A stretch of DNA of 64,000 nt from Octopus vulgaris (taxonomy: Eukaryota): contig OX597820.1 in the NCBI GenBank assembly GCA_951406725.2, positions 37,944,001-38,008,000 on the forward strand, in the 5' to 3' direction. The translations under genes were made by a program, and so were the position numbers. Positions 25,875 to 39,783 of the stretch are shown in pieces. The notes under the pieces were generated by a model, which saw nothing but the letters and a program-made list of their open reading frames with translations, was not told where the DNA came from and did not search any database. Each line of letters opens with the position of its first letter. The first letter of the stretch is position 1.

Positions 25875-27000
25875 TGGTTATAATTTCTCTTTAGTGATTT
25901 GTTCAGAGAATTTCGTTCATCTTTAGATTCTTATTGAGCATAGGGAAATTTTGAATAGTAGTGTTATATTCCACATTGTTTCTAGCGTTGTTGGTAGATA
26001 TATAAGGTAGTATTTAAAATCGGGTGTGTTGCTTCGTTTTCCTTCTCTTAATGTCTGGAGACTTATTCTCTTGGCACCCCTGTGGATAATGTTTCTAGAC
26101 GAAGATGGTTTCAAGTTCATGAAGTTGGAGGTCCCGGATATTTTTATCGGATACTGATGTGCAAATCTTTATCTCTAAACTGAAAGTGATATTTATTTTA
26201 ATGTTTTTCGGATGGCATGAGTTGGCAAGTAGTTATTGCTTCGAGAGTATGTGTTTATAATAGATGTCGGTTTCAATTTGTGTATTAACTTATTTTATTA
26301 AAATATCAAGAAATAGAAGATTCTCTTTGCTCCATTCCATTGAAAATTGGATGTTAGTATTTATATCATTGACAAGTGTTCGGATACCAATACTTTCATC
26401 CCATAGGATAAAGCAGCCATCCACATATCTTTTCCAGTTTTCTTATATATATTGGTAAAATGAATATCCATATATTCTGTAGTGATACTTTATATGTACC
26501 AATTATAAATATCTCAATACTAGGTTTGTAAGAACTGGGGTTGCTTTCGTTCCTACAGTATTTCCACATTTTTGTTGGTAGTAATTGATATCTAACATGA
26601 ATTAGTATACTGTAAGATAAATTTTAATGCTTCAATCATAAATTCTTTGTCGATGCTCTCTGGTAGTTTACCTTGATAATTTTCTAACTAGAATTTGATT
26701 GCTTCAATTCCATAGTCGTGTGGCATATTAGCATGCATGTTCCCGACATAGAAACATACAATGAGTGTCTCTTCATTGATCATTTTTATGAGGTGGCTTA
26801 GTATGTCTAGATCATTTCTAATGAAGGTTTTGATATATTTCAGAACGGGCTTCAGTAAGATGTCAAGAAATTTGCTTAAGTAATGGGTTTCACATCATGG
26901 GCTCGCTATATGGGGACTTGATTTAAAACTTCGTGGTGATTAGACATTAATGTATATGTCTCATGATTCTTTACAGGCTTTATTAACTATCTGGCTTTTG
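25875..27000 (-). mobile_element. Highly decayed Penelope-like RT remnant
   Basis: Minus-strand fragments LSKFLDILLKPVLKYIKTFIRNDLDIL, MPHDYGIEAI, YYQQKCG and WKRYVDGCFILW, with many stops and frameshifts. Confidence 0.75.
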
Positions 27001-27084
27001 TAAGGGAGCCATTCCCACCTTTCCTTCAGGACATACCTATACATACATACATATATACAAGCACAGACACGCATATATATGTGT

Positions 27085-27157
27085 CTATAGTATATGTGTA
27101 TGTATATATATATATATATGTATTTGGATATATATGTACTTGTATATATATGTATAT

Positions 27158-27219
<62 letters not shown>

Positions 27220-27649
27220 ATGTATATGCTGTATATGCATATATATGTATATGTGTATATGTGTATGTGTATATGTATATGTGTATGTATATATATATGT
27301 ATATGTATATATATATATGTATGTATATGTATATATATTTATATATATGTATATATATGTATATGTATATATATGTATATGTATATATACATATGTGTAT
27401 GTATATGTATATGTATATATATATGTATATATATGTGTATATGTATATGTATATGTATATATATGTATATGTATATTTATATATATATGTATATATATAT
27501 CTGTATATATATATATATGTATATGTGTATGTATATGTATATCTATATATATATATGCATATGTATGTATATGTATATATACATATGTATATAATATATA
27601 TATGAATGTATATGTATATATATATGCATATAATATATATATATGAATG

Positions 27650-27708
<59 letters not shown>

Positions 27709-27740
27709 ATATATATGTAAGTATGTATTTATGTATGTAT
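27085..27740. repeat. Long degenerate (TA)n/(TATGTA)n microsatellite
   Basis: Direct reading. Confidence 0.95.
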
Positions 27741-28160
27741 ACGCTTAGTTGCGCTAACTTAACCCCTACACCAAAGACCCATCAAAATGCTAACCGCTCA
27801 AATTAGGAATCTAAACTTACACCTACATACTTACACATACACATAAAGACAGACAGATAAGTAATTGCGACGAGAAAGGAATAAACAATTATCTTATGAA
27901 CTTCATTAGCATATAGCTTTTTTTTCTATAAGATGCTGTGGACTCATAGTTGAGTGCCTGAGTTTCAACTTATAGTTTTATCGGAGGTTCAAACATGAAG
28001 TGCACTTATAGCAATAACAGCTGTAGGTTAATGAAGTTGATAATCGTTTATTCCTTTGCCATCTCAGTTTCTAACCGCTGTTTACTCGACTAACGCTTCG
28101 TTTTGAAGCGTATGTATGTTAAGTTCTACACAGTACTGCAATGTCTAAGCGCAAAATAAA

Positions 28161-28248
<88 letters not shown>

Positions 28249-28251
28249 TAA

Positions 28252-28575
28252 ATAGGTGCTGACATGATTATGTAGTAGGAAGCTTGCTTTACAGCCACAT
28301 GGTTCCGCGTTTAGTTTCACTGCTTGGCACCTTGGGCATGCGCCTTCTACTATAACCTCGGGCTGACCAAAGCCTTGTGAGTGGATTTGGTAGAAAAAAC
28401 TGAAAAGAAATTCATTGTGTGTGTCTTTGTGTGTGTTTGTTCCCCACTACCGCTTGGCAACCGATGTTGATGTGTGTCCGTCCACATAAACTAGCGATTC
28501 GGCAAGAGAGATCGATAGAATAAATACCAAGCATTAAAAAATAAGTACCATGGTCGATTCATTCGACTAAAATAC
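28252..28575 (+). mobile_element. SINE family A
   Basis: agcttgct...ccacatggttcc...ggcaccttgggc...gaccaaagccttgtgagtggatttggtaga; similar to the 38873, 42955 and 49691 copies. Confidence 0.8.
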
Positions 28576-29860
28576 TTATATATAAGGAAGGTAAATGCGC
28601 AGAAATGCTATATTGGAAAAATATATGGCATCGTCATGAAATGAAATGGAATATTTACATAACCAACTGGTTTCGTCTTTGCTACTAATGACTAAGTAGT
28701 CAGCAATAATGTTATAGTTTCATGCTCTCATAATACGTTTTCATCCCTTGTCTATAAGTGGAAATTAGAAAGAAGGCTCAAAGTAGAAAGACCAGAAGGC
28801 GTTATCCCAGAGTAACGAATGTCAATTTTCCTCCAGCAATGGGAAATACTCAAGGGATATATTTAAGTCTCAACGAAGGAACTCGATACACGTAATTATA
28901 TCTCATACGCTTAGACAGAAAAAATAGTCTTTAACAATTCAAATATAATTAGTAACACTAGTAATCTGCACCAACGTAATTACACTAAATGTTTTTTTTA
29001 GATTCAGAGACAGACGTTGGAACAAAACTTACTGGAGAAATCCAAAGCAATAAATTTATCAAAGAAATCTTTTTCAGTGGCAAAAATTAACATACAAAGC
29101 GGATAAAATTTACCCGAAACCCACGCAGATTTAATCAGGATTTTGCGAAAAGCTGACTTGTAGAAACACTACTTCATTTTGATAACGATAATAATTCACT
29201 TGTTAAAAACAAAAGCATTATCTTCCACCTAAAAATAGGAATAAAACACTCAAAGACTTTTAGACCTCATTCTGAAGTTCCCTATAATACTTTCCACAAT
29301 CTAATCACAGAACTACTGAATGAAAAAATGAAATTGGTAAAAGATAAAGAATAAAAAAGAAGACATCGGAGGGGCGATGCATACCCTGCACGCAAATAAA
29401 TTTTTTCGCAAATTATTTTCGCGAATACGTTAAAATACAAGTTGGCAAAGAAATTTGAATAACATTTTAGGAGGTTTGGAATTTAAATTAAGAAAGAATA
29501 ACATAAAATGATGATTCTTCTCCAATTTTTCACTGAGGGAGCATACTTATTCAAAACAACAACAAAAGAAAGGAACTTTGCATTTCAAGAGTTTTACAGT
29601 GAACTGCTAAAATACGAGCTGACAAAGAAAATCAAAGGTTGTTTTGGAAAGTTCAACATACAATTTGCATATGAGTAAAATTTACATATGACTAAATAAA
29701 TGATTATTCAAATAATAATCTATTTCGCTCCATGCACTTCTTGTTCTCACAATTTCCGGGTATAATGAATCGTCTTGAGATGAAAGTGCATTGGTAGATT
29801 GGTTTTGCATCGACACACTAAATACATTATAAAGCTTATGACACATTTATGTAGCTAAGC

Positions 29861-29937
<77 letters not shown>

Positions 29938-30297
29938 TATTTATGCAAGTGTCTATTATATGCGACTGTATTAGCAAGTATAAATGGTCAATTTATATTT
30001 ATGTATCTCTGGTTATTAGTCGCATGGGAATGCATTGTGATTGATTTAATTTTGATTGCAATGCCTAAGAATAGCAATCACTTGTTTAGAATGTCATTAT
30101 TGTTAACGATGGTATTGTGGACCTAGCAACTGGTAACAAGATATAAAACTATCGAGATGATTGGGTTTTCTTGTCTGTGAATTTTGATTGTCTGATGAAT
30201 AAAATATAAATCCTGCTCAACTGATTCGCTTTTATCTAAAACTCATTCATGCAGTTTAAACTCTTTCATACTAAACTTAAGTTTAGATTCGGATACA

Positions 30298-30585
30298 CAG
30301 AAGGTGTGTGACCTAGTGATTAGGATATTGCATTCAAGATTGAAAAATTGTTATTTCGATTCCCAGACAGGTCGATGCGTTGTGTTCCTGAGAAAAACAC
30401 TTCATTTCACGTTGTTATTATCACTTCAACATCTGGTGTGGCACCAGGCGCAATGTCGATTTGATCGAGAGCATGAGCTAATGTATAGTACAACATTTGA
30501 TCAGTAGAAACATCATCTGTGCAAGCTATTCAGCAAAATGAAGCAGTATTCCCATTTCTCGTTTAAGATAGATGAGTCCACTATA
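30298..30585 (+). mobile_element. SINE family C
   Basis: gtgtgacctagtgattagg...ttcgattccc...gttgtgttcctgagaaaaacacttcatttcacgttg. A closely related copy lies on the minus strand at ~33600-33770. Confidence 0.6.
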
Positions 30586-31972
30586 TACTGAAATGTGCCA
30601 CTCCTACCTTTACTGGACAAATGATGTGTTTTTAACGTGCTGCTAAAATTGTTTGCAAATCAAGGTATTTGATTACAGCCAATTGAAGGATGTCGATTAA
30701 AATTACATGTACTTTTGTAGGAAAGTTGTGTCTTGTCGATGACAGAATGTGTATAATCTATTCTAGGTTTGGAAGTTAGAAATTCTATCAGTATAATCAT
30801 CTATATTTCTATTCTCATACTAACACATTAATGACACCGGTAAAGTATTTCCTTTGTTCGAACTATCATAATAAATAGATTTTCATTAAAAAAAGATCGA
30901 TTCAATGCAGTCGTTTGCCTTTCGAGATATAGTAACGAAATCTCTCTTAAAGCGGATCCAACTCTTTCAATAAAGGAAAGACAAGATTGGTAACTTCCTG
31001 GGCAAAAATAAGGGATAGCTACGGCTGGAAAATTTTTGATTGTGGTCTACTCGATCAGAATTAACCTATAGCTAAGCAGTAGAAGCAGCAGTAGCAACCA
31101 GAAGAAAATAAAATCAATTTGTTTAATTTTTCGTGATCAGAAACATCGATAACCCATATTGATTTCAGGGTAAGACACTAGGACTTGAATAGGTTTATAT
31201 ATATATATTTCCATTATATCTACAGTCGAATGAAGAACAAAAGTAACTATTCTTTTAAAATATAAAAATGAACATCTTTTATATTCAACGCGAAGACCAG
31301 AGGCTGCAGATATAATCATGTAACTTCGGCTTGCTTTAATGATACTTCAGATTCAATTAAATTCATTCTCTTTGTTGATTATAATGAGAAAGCAAATAGT
31401 ACAGTGTTGAAAGCAAAACTGATCGAATAATGGAATTTGTTATATGAAAATATAATTATTGTTCTCTACAAATTTATTTAACTAACATTATCCATTATAT
31501 TATACCTCAAATAGAACATTTTTCTTTGTTATTGTCTTTGCCACTGTCTGTGTGTCTTTGTATGATTAAACTCTCTTTCTTAGATGTTCTCTGTTCGTAA
31601 ACATTTAATATCATTAGGTGGGTATTTTTGATGTTTTTGTTCAATACCCAAGTCATTTCTGATCAAGGAGATCTATGATCAAGCGTGTTCAAGTCCCGAT
31701 CATCTTACCATTTTTTGAGGCAAAATGTTATTAGAACTACATTATTTGTCCTTAATTTTCCTAAGAGAGTAGACTAGGATTTGGGATTTGTAGAGACTCC
31801 CTCGATGGCATGTTTAATATTGCTTTTATTATAATTAGTTTGAGTGTGAAGACAGCAGAGTTCTTGCCATATTTTGCTCTTGTCTTTCCATGTTCTAAAT
31901 TTAAAACTAACAGGAGTCCAGTTTATCTTTAATCACATTAATGTCGATGGAAGTAGGTACCAGTGGTATAAT

Positions 31973-32170
31973 TCTTATTTCTTATTTATTGCCCATAAGG
32001 GGTTAAACATAGAGAAGACAAACAAGGACAGACAAAGGGATTAAGTCGATTACATCGACCCCAGTGCGTAACTGGTACTTATTTAATTGACCCCGAAAAC
32101 ACGAAAGTTAAAATTGACCTCGGCGGAATTTGAACTCATAATGTGAAGACGGACAAAATACCACTAATTA
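31973..32170 (-). mobile_element. tRNA-derived SINE family B
   Basis: aagtcgattacatcgaccccagtgcgtaactggtactt...gacctcggcggaatttgaactca; homologous to the 53853 and 59013 copies. Confidence 0.85.
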
Positions 32171-32534
32171 TTTGGCTCATCGTGCTAATATACACTCATA
32201 TATTAAGTTCTATCTGTCCCGTTTATTCTACCAAATCCATGAACGCACACGCGTACATTTATATATACCTATATACCTTTGTATATGTTTGTGTTTGTGT
32301 GTACGTATGTGTGTGTGTTTTGTGTGAGCATGTGTCTAAGAAATTAGCTCTTCTAAAAGACCTGTACCACATTTATAAAAAATTATATTTACTTATATAT
32401 TTGAGCATATTATTCACATTATTACTGAGAATCCTTATAATATGATTCAATTATCTATTTCCTGGAATCCTGGAAGTTATGAGCATGCTTCAAATGACAC
32501 ATATGATTCGAAATGTGAAATGTTAATTTCAACG

Positions 32535-32772
32535 TAGTGGCAGACGAAATACCTATTTCTTTACTACCCACAAGAGGGGACAAACAATGATAAACAAACG
32601 GATTAAGTCAATTATATCGACCCCAGTGCGTAACTGGTACTTATTTAATCGACCTCGAAAGGATGAAAGGCAAAGTCGACCTCGGCGGAATTTGAACTCA
32701 GAACGTAACGGCAGACGAAATACTGCTAAGCATTTCGCCCAGTGTGCTACCGTTTCTGCCAGCTCACCGCCT
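32535..32772 (-). mobile_element. SINE family B
   Basis: Near full-length match to the reverse complement of 53853-54086. Confidence 0.88.
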
Positions 32773-34482
32773 TTACCAGTGGTATACTGGTGTCAATTCA
32801 CTATCGTCTATAAACCTGTGACCTGCAGCTAATGTAAATCATCAATGATGATAGCTTAAATGATGAAAGATGTATTTCAAGAGACGATGACAACAGAATG
32901 ATGACCAAATAAACCTGGACGTATGTAGAACCCTGTTGAGCTTAGAATACTGATGAGACTGGAAGCTTATTGACTCCGAGACTAGAAGGAATGTTTCAAT
33001 ATCCAATTTCGACCGTTTTTTTTTTTCGAAACATTAATACATGACTTTACAGGAATCTCCGGCCCCACAAAATTCCAACAGTGGTTATGTGATTAAGAGA
33101 GATGAGTTGCTGCTGTTGTCATCATTGCGTAGTCTCAGACAGACCCAAACAGGCTACTTATTTGCCGAAGCATTTGTCGTAAATCAGACATCTATTGCCG
33201 TCGTCTATACCTTCAGGAGGATCAAACAGCGTATTTCCCATTGCAGAGATAAATCGATTGTGGTAAAATATGGCTTTCTTCTGCCTCTTGCTGTTGCCTG
33301 TTGCCATTGTATAAAAATATAATTACGTTCACTCGTTAATGTTATAGTTCTGCTTCTTGTTGCAGTTATCGCCTCCTAAGTGAGCTCTGGTTGACCAGAT
33401 TTATCTCATAGAAGTAGCAAACTGATTATCTATGAAAGATAAATAGGAAAGACTAATGTATACAGTTTTGTTATAAACAATGTCACAAGCAAACCCATAT
33501 ACACGCACACAAAACATACACACTAAAAGCATACACACGCAAACACAGACACACACACATACAGACACACACACACAAACACAGATCTGGACGCAGATGT
33601 TGTACTGTACATTAGCTCATGGTCTCGATCAAATCGACATTGCGCCTTGTGCCACACACACCAGGTGTCGAAGTGATAACAGCAACGTGAAATGAAGTGT
33701 TTTACTCAGGAACACAACGCATCGACCTGTCTGGGAATCGAAATGACAAATTTTCAATCTTGAATGTAACACTTGAACAGATGGGGATACACATCACGGG
33801 AAGACAACATGGATTAAGCAGAACAAGAGGAAACACACGGGATAAAGAGTCACTGAAGAGATCACAGGAAGTGTGACGAAAGAGCTTTAAGAAAAGATAT
33901 AAAACGACAATGATAATAAAGCTGAAGTGAAAACCAAATATACAGTGCGTGTGTTTAATTGGCAAAATATGACCATCCTGAAGTATAATAATACTAATAT
34001 ACATATTTCAATAATCATTCATTGTGACATAGAGCTTTAAATGTGGTTTAGCTTCAAACACAGAACAATACTACAGGTGCATTTAACAGGTCCTTATATC
34101 TCAAATGGCCCAGCATACCTTTGTGTGAATGGATACCAATATTTTGTAAGACCTGGCCGTTCTACGAATCAAGGAACTTGTATTTTACATACCAAATCTT
34201 ACCAACTCATCTCAATATAAACTTAATTATCATACACGAACGCACAAAGCGATGTGTGAGTATTTATGCGAGCGTATGTGTTGGAGTGCATTCGTAGATG
34301 CGTGAGTATATTCATGTACATACATTTATACACTATGAACATACATGCATGTACATACATGATATCTATGTATATATATATATAACGGGAAGCTTTATGA
34401 AAATAAACAAAAGACGAAGGCTGGTGGAAAACAAACGAACAATTGTATTAGTATGGCGCTCAGGAAATATAAATAAAACAAG

Positions 34483-34520
34483 TCTTTAACGTTTCGAGCC
34501 TACGCTCTTCAACAGAAAGA
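34483..34520 (-). ncRNA. Minimal type I hammerhead-like motif in PLE 3' end (CUGUUGA core variant)
   Basis: tcttt-CTGTTGA-A-GAGC GTAG GCTC-GAAA-CG-TT-aaaga. It has a perfect 5-bp helix I, a 4-bp helix II and palindromic AACGTT, and lies on the same strand as the ORF. Confidence 0.7.
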
Positions 34521-34752
34521 TACACAGAGAGAGAAAAACACAGAAAGAAGGAGAGAAAAAAATGCGTGCAGTAGCTAACGAATCAACATGGCGATCTGAT
34601 TTCGGCCAGAGGTCAAAGATCAAACATGAGACGCGAGAGCGAAATAAGGGGAGATAATAGGGTTGATAAAAGGGTTGAGGGACCAGCTAATAGTGCGTGG
34701 GAGGGGTCTGGATGTGTGTATGTATAGGGTTGGTGTATGTATTAGTATGTAT

Positions 34753-34797
<45 letters not shown>

Positions 34798-34897
34798 AGA
34801 GAGTATTAGTGCGTAGGATTGGTCTGGACGTGCGTATGTATGGGGTTGGTGTATGTATTAGTATGTATTAGTATGTATTAGTACGTATTAGTATGTA

Positions 34898-36904
34898 TTA
34901 GTTGGTGTGTGTATTAGTATGGCACATCATATGTGATGTGATGTGTAAAGTCATGTGGTGTAGTGAGGAGAAGAGGGGGAGGGGGAGAAGAGGGGGAGAG
35001 AAGGGGAGGGGAAGAAGAGGGGGAGGAGAAGGGGGAAGAGGAGAGGATGGGGGAGAAGGAAGGGGAGGAGGGGGATGAAGGAGGAAAGAGGGAGAGGGGG
35101 AGAGAGAAGGGGAGAGAGGGAGTGAGGGAGCAGAGGGAAGGGGAAGAGGGAGGGAGAAAGAGGGAAGAAGGGAAGGGGAGTAGGGGTGAAAGGATGAAGG
35201 ACTGAAGAAGTAGGGGTCGGGGGGAGAAAGGATAGGTGAGGAGGGGGAGAGGGGGTTAGATGAGGAGGGGGGAGAGTTGAGACCAAATGGCGTATAAGAG
35301 CGAAGAGAGAAGATTAATTCCTGTTCACGGCGCAAACGGGAATCCGGATGGCCTCTGTGTAAGGACAAACCGAACACAGATAGGTGTTGCAAGGAGTGAC
35401 CGGTGGAGCGGAAATGGCGTGAGACCGGTGTGTCGTTCGCAAGGTGGATGTCACGAAGGTGTTCCGCGAACCGGTCAGCCAAGCGGCGTCCCGTTTGTCC
35501 GATGTACAAGGAATTGCAGAGAGAGCAAGAGATGCAATAGATAATAATGCTGGAGGTGCAGGTGAAGGAGTGGATGATGGGATAGGGTCGATGGTGGGTG
35601 CTAGTGAGGCGGGTGGTGTTGGAGAGGTAAGGGCAAGTGCGGCAACGTGGGCGGGAGCAGGGGAACGAGCCGGGTTGCGAGGTAGGGTCAGGGAAGGAGC
35701 TATGGACCAAAAGGTCTCGAAGGTTGTGGGCTCGTTTGAAAGAGGGGAGGGGTCGGTTAGGGAAGAGGTGTGAAGTGGACGGGTCGGACTGGAGATGACG
35801 GAAAGCTCGAAGAATGGTGCGTTGGAGACGTAGGGTCGTGGGGTGGTAAGTGAGGGGAAAAGGGAGGCGGGAGACTACAGGGCGGGTTCGGGGAGAGAGA
35901 GCAGATACACGGTCCACGGACCGTGCTCTGGCAAGGGCGGTGTGGATAGTGGTGAGGGGGTATCCACGTAGGGTGAAGTGGTGAGCCATACGTTGAGACT
36001 GAGTCTCAAAGTCATGGTCGTCACTACAGAGCCTACGTAGACGGAGGAATTGGGAATAGGGGATGGAAAGCTTGGTGTGTTCTGGGTGGGAGGAAGAGAA
36101 GTTGAGGTATGAGTGTGAGTCTGTGTGTTTGTAGTGAATGGAGGTGGTAAGAGTGGAGTGAAGAATGCTAACCGAAATGTCGAGGAAGGAGACAGAGGTG
36201 TTGGAGATAGTGGAAGTGAAGTGGAGGGCTGGATGGAAAGATTGGACGAAAGAGAGGAAGGAATCTAGATGTTCGCGGGAGAGTGAGGTGGCACCGATAA
36301 TGTCGTCAATATAACGACCATATAGTTCAGGAGTGGGACCAGTGAAATTAGAGAATATTTGGGCCTCAACATAGCCAACGAACAGGTTCGCATAGTTGGG
36401 GCCCATTCGCGTTCCCATGGCCACTCCCGAGACCTGATGGTAGAACTCGCCCGCGAACGAGAAGCAGTTCAGAGTAAGGACAAGTTCGGCCAGACGAATG
36501 AGTGTGGAGGTGTCAGGTACAGGGTTAGAGCGGAGGTCAAGAAAGTGTCGAAGGGCCTGCAGTCCTTCGTGGTGAGGGATAACAGTATAGAGGCTTTGGA
36601 TGTCCATAGTAAAAAGGATTTTGGAGGAGCCGGGAGGAAAGGAGAAAGAGTTGAAAAGCCGGAGAGCATGGTTGGTATCGTGGATGTGGGAGGGAAGAGA
36701 TGCCACTAGGGGGGCAAGGACACGGTCGAGGTATTTAGAGATGAGCTCCGTGGGGCAGTTACAGGCGGAGACGATGGGGCGGCCAGGGTTGTTGGGTTTG
36801 TGGATTTGGGGGAGGAAGTAAATGGTGGGGGTACGTGGGGTTCGCACAATTAGGTTGGATGCGGTGCGGGGGAGACGGGAGGACGAGATGAGGTCTTGGA
36901 CAGT
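34898..36904 (-). CDS. PLE reverse transcriptase + GIY-YIG endonuclease (5'-truncated, no native start)
   Basis: RT motifs LPQIHKPNNPGRPIVS, TMDIQSLYTVIP, QVSGVAMGTRMGPNYANLFV, RYIDD and FLDI. Linker PCSRPRCRTC. Endonuclease IIYCISCSLCNSLYIGQTGRRLADRFAEH...GLN. The listed ORF extension to 37186 is microsatellite read-through. Confidence 0.9.
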   Translation of the reverse strand, partial: TVQDLISSSRLPRTASNLIVRTPRTPTIYFLPQIHKPNNPGRPIVSACNCPTELISKYLDRVLAPLVASLPSHIHDTNHALRLFNSFSFPPGSSKILFTMDIQSLYTVIPHHEGLQALRHFLDLRSNPVPDTSTLIRLAELVLTLNCFSFAGEFYHQVSGVAMGTRMGPNYANLFVGYVEAQIFSNFTGPTPELYGRYIDDIIGATSLSREHLDSFLSFVQSFHPALHFTSTISNTSVSFLDISVSILHSTLTTSIHYKHTDSHSYLNFSSSHPEHTKLSIPYSQFLRLRRLCSDDHDFETQSQRMAHHFTLRGYPLTTIHTALARARSVDRVSALSPRTRPVVSRLPFPLTYHPTTLRLQRTILRAFRHLQSDPSTSHLFPNRPLPSFKRAHNLRDLLVHSSFPDPTSQPGSFPCSRPRCRTCPYLSNTTRLTSTHHRPYPIIHSFTCTSSIIIYCISCSLCNSLYIGQTGRRLADRFAEHLRDIHLANDTPVSRHFRSTGHSLQHLSVFGLSLHRGHPDSRLRREQELIFSLRSYTPFGLNSPPSSSNPLSPSSPILSPPDPYFFSPSSFHPYSPSLLPSFSLPLPLPSAPSLPLSPSLSPSPSFLLHPPPPLPSPPSSPLPPSPPPLLPLPFSPPLLPLPLFSSLHHMTLHITSHMMCHTNTHTN

Positions 36905-36947
<43 letters not shown>

Positions 36948-37445
36948 AATATATGTATATATATATGTATATATATAGATATACACGTACGTACAAACAC
37001 ATACACACACGCACACACACGCACACACACGTACACATACACACACACACGCACACACACACACATATATATATAGAGAGAGTGTGTGAGTGAAAGACAC
37101 GTGATTTGATGTGTATGAGCAAACGCGAATGTATGCGTTATTCTTCCGGTTGAATAATCAATACTGTAGCGAACTTTAAATACCATTTGTACATTAAAGA
37201 AGAAATATACGGAATGTATCCTATTGAGACCAAATTTAGTTACCTTAGCAACAGCGAGTCGTCTTCGACACGCACGTAAATCAGCTGCCTATGCATAATG
37301 ACCTCATAATTTTTATTGAGAAGTATTTTCTCTACTTCGAAGCCGAACAATTACTAAATTACTTTATAGTACTATCAAACTGGTGAAATTGAAACCTTCC
37401 TGTTCTCTGACAAAAGCAAACTACCACAGTAAAGCTCTACAAGAA

Positions 37446-37495
<50 letters not shown>

Positions 37496-37564
37496 AATAT
37501 TATATATAATATATATATATAATATGTAATATATATATATATAATATATATAATATATATGATG

Positions 37565-37623
<59 letters not shown>

Positions 37624-37634
37624 ATATATATACA

Positions 37635-38801
37635 CACAGACATGTGAAATGTAATCGATATGTAAGTCTACATACTTTAGTATTTAGTTGACATTCCCTT
37701 TGCAGTTTTTAGTTCTGAAACTCTTTTTGGCATTGAACTGATGAGCTTTGTGATAGTCTATTGTGGAATTTCTGCTCACTTTTCACGCAGCAATCGAAAC
37801 AATTCATCTTTAGATTTAGGTTTCTGTCGAGTTTTTCGTATAGCTCTATCTAGTATACTCCAAAGATTTTCAATTAGATTCATGGCTCGACCGAGGAAGC
37901 TTTTTGATCCCATTTTCAGTTAGCCATTGGTGATTTCTTTTCGCTGTGTGGCATGGACACATCTTCCATGAATAAAAACTCATTTTTCGTTATGTCATCG
38001 TGTGAATATATCGGAAGTAGTCCTTGCTTAAGTATTTCGATGTTTTTTTTATGGTTCCAACACATTCGATCAGCTCAGAATGACCATTGCTGGTGACAGC
38101 TCCTCATACCATCACAGAGTTACCGCCATGTTTCACAGTTGGTTGGAGTTGTTTCAAATCAAATTCTTGATTGGGAAGCCTCCAGACCCAAATACGTCCA
38201 CTGTCTGAAAATAATGCAAATCTAGATTCATCACTCTATCCTCAAATGAGCTGGATTTTTCTGACATCTCCTTAGCCCATTTTTTTCTTTTCATTATATT
38301 AATTGGTTGAAGGAGAGGTTTTCTTCTAGCTGCTCGTCCATAATACCCAAGCTTATGCAAATATGTAACACACGTTCTTGGACTAACTTCTAGCTGTTTT
38401 GCAATGTCAGAAGCCTTCGAACGGGGTTCGTTTTCCACAATTCTCTTCAAACAGCAAAGTTTCCTTTCCGAGGGTCCAGGTCGACCGGGATGAGAATCTG
38501 TTGGCTTTTGAATTTCACTATAATTCTATTAACAGTACCATGAGGAATTTGAAGAGTTTCGGCAATTTTTCGCTGGCTAAGACTAGCCACAGATTGCCCA
38601 ACAATACGACCTCTTTGAAAATGTGATAGTTCTGGTGAATTTTTTGTGCGTGGCATGGTTACTCTTCGCAAATGTTTAATGTAATGGCACCGGGAATGAA
38701 AAAGAATAATTACATTGTAAATTCTACACCGCTGACAACATATTAAGACGCTTAATAAGAAATTTTGAAAATTATAGGTGTCTATTTACTTCCTGCATGT
38801 C

Positions 38802-38805
<4 letters not shown>
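37635..38805 (-). mobile_element. Tc1-like DNA transposon, decayed
   Basis: ELSHFQRGRIVG...SQRKIAETLQIPHGTVNRII, LHKLGYYGRAARRKPLL and [13 protein letters not shown]. Degenerate TIRs (cacagacatg / catgtctatg) sit in TA tracts. Confidence 0.85.
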
Positions 38806-38872
<67 letters not shown>

Positions 38873-38877
<5 letters not shown>

Positions 38878-39257
38878 GGAATGGGTGTGTAGTAAGTAGC
38901 TTGCTTACCAACCACATAGTTCCGGATTCAGTCCCACTGCGTGGTACCTTGCGCAAGTGTCTTCTACTATAGCCACGGGCCGACCGAAGCTTTGTGAGAG
39001 GATTTTGGATTTTGTAGATATATAAGTGTGTGTATGTGTGTATGTATGTTTGTATGTCTATCTTTGTCCCCCCAACATCACTTGACAACCGATGTTGCTG
39101 TTTTTACGCCCCCCTAGTTAGCGGTTCGGAAAAAGTGACCGATAGAATAAGTACTAGGTTTACAAATAATACGTCCTGGGGTCGATTTGTATGACTAAAA
39201 GCGGTGCTCCAGGATGGCCGCAGTCAAATGACTGAAACAAAATAAATGAATAAAAGA
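38873..39257 (+). mobile_element. SINE family A, full length
   Basis: tRNA-like head (gtgtgtagtaagtagcttgcttaccaaccacatagttccggattcagtccc), a body with an internal TG tract, and the 3' gcagtcaaatgactgaaac end. Confidence 0.88.
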
Positions 39258-39260
39258 ATA

Positions 39261-39783
<523 letters not shown>

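Larger units (their letters stand above)
34383..36904 (-). mobile_element. Penelope-like retroelement (Neptune-type), 5'-truncated, young, inserted in (TA)n
   Basis: Uninterrupted RT, Cys-rich linker and GIY-YIG, followed by a pyrimidine-rich tract (sense strand) and a 3' pLTR with an HHR. TA repeats lie at both junctions, and it is far more GC-rich than its flanks. Confidence 0.95.

Noticed and set aside
28650-28705. GAC-GAAACCAGTTGGTT half-hammerhead on the minus strand
   Set aside because: No matching CUGANGA box or helix I partner was found nearby.
32945-32990. CTGATGAG...GAGAC motif
   Set aside because: There is no GAAA box and no consistent helices.
36905-37186. N-terminal ~94 aa of the 762-aa ORF
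   Set aside because: It is microsatellite and flank sequence that is in frame by chance; PLE homology begins at ~36904.
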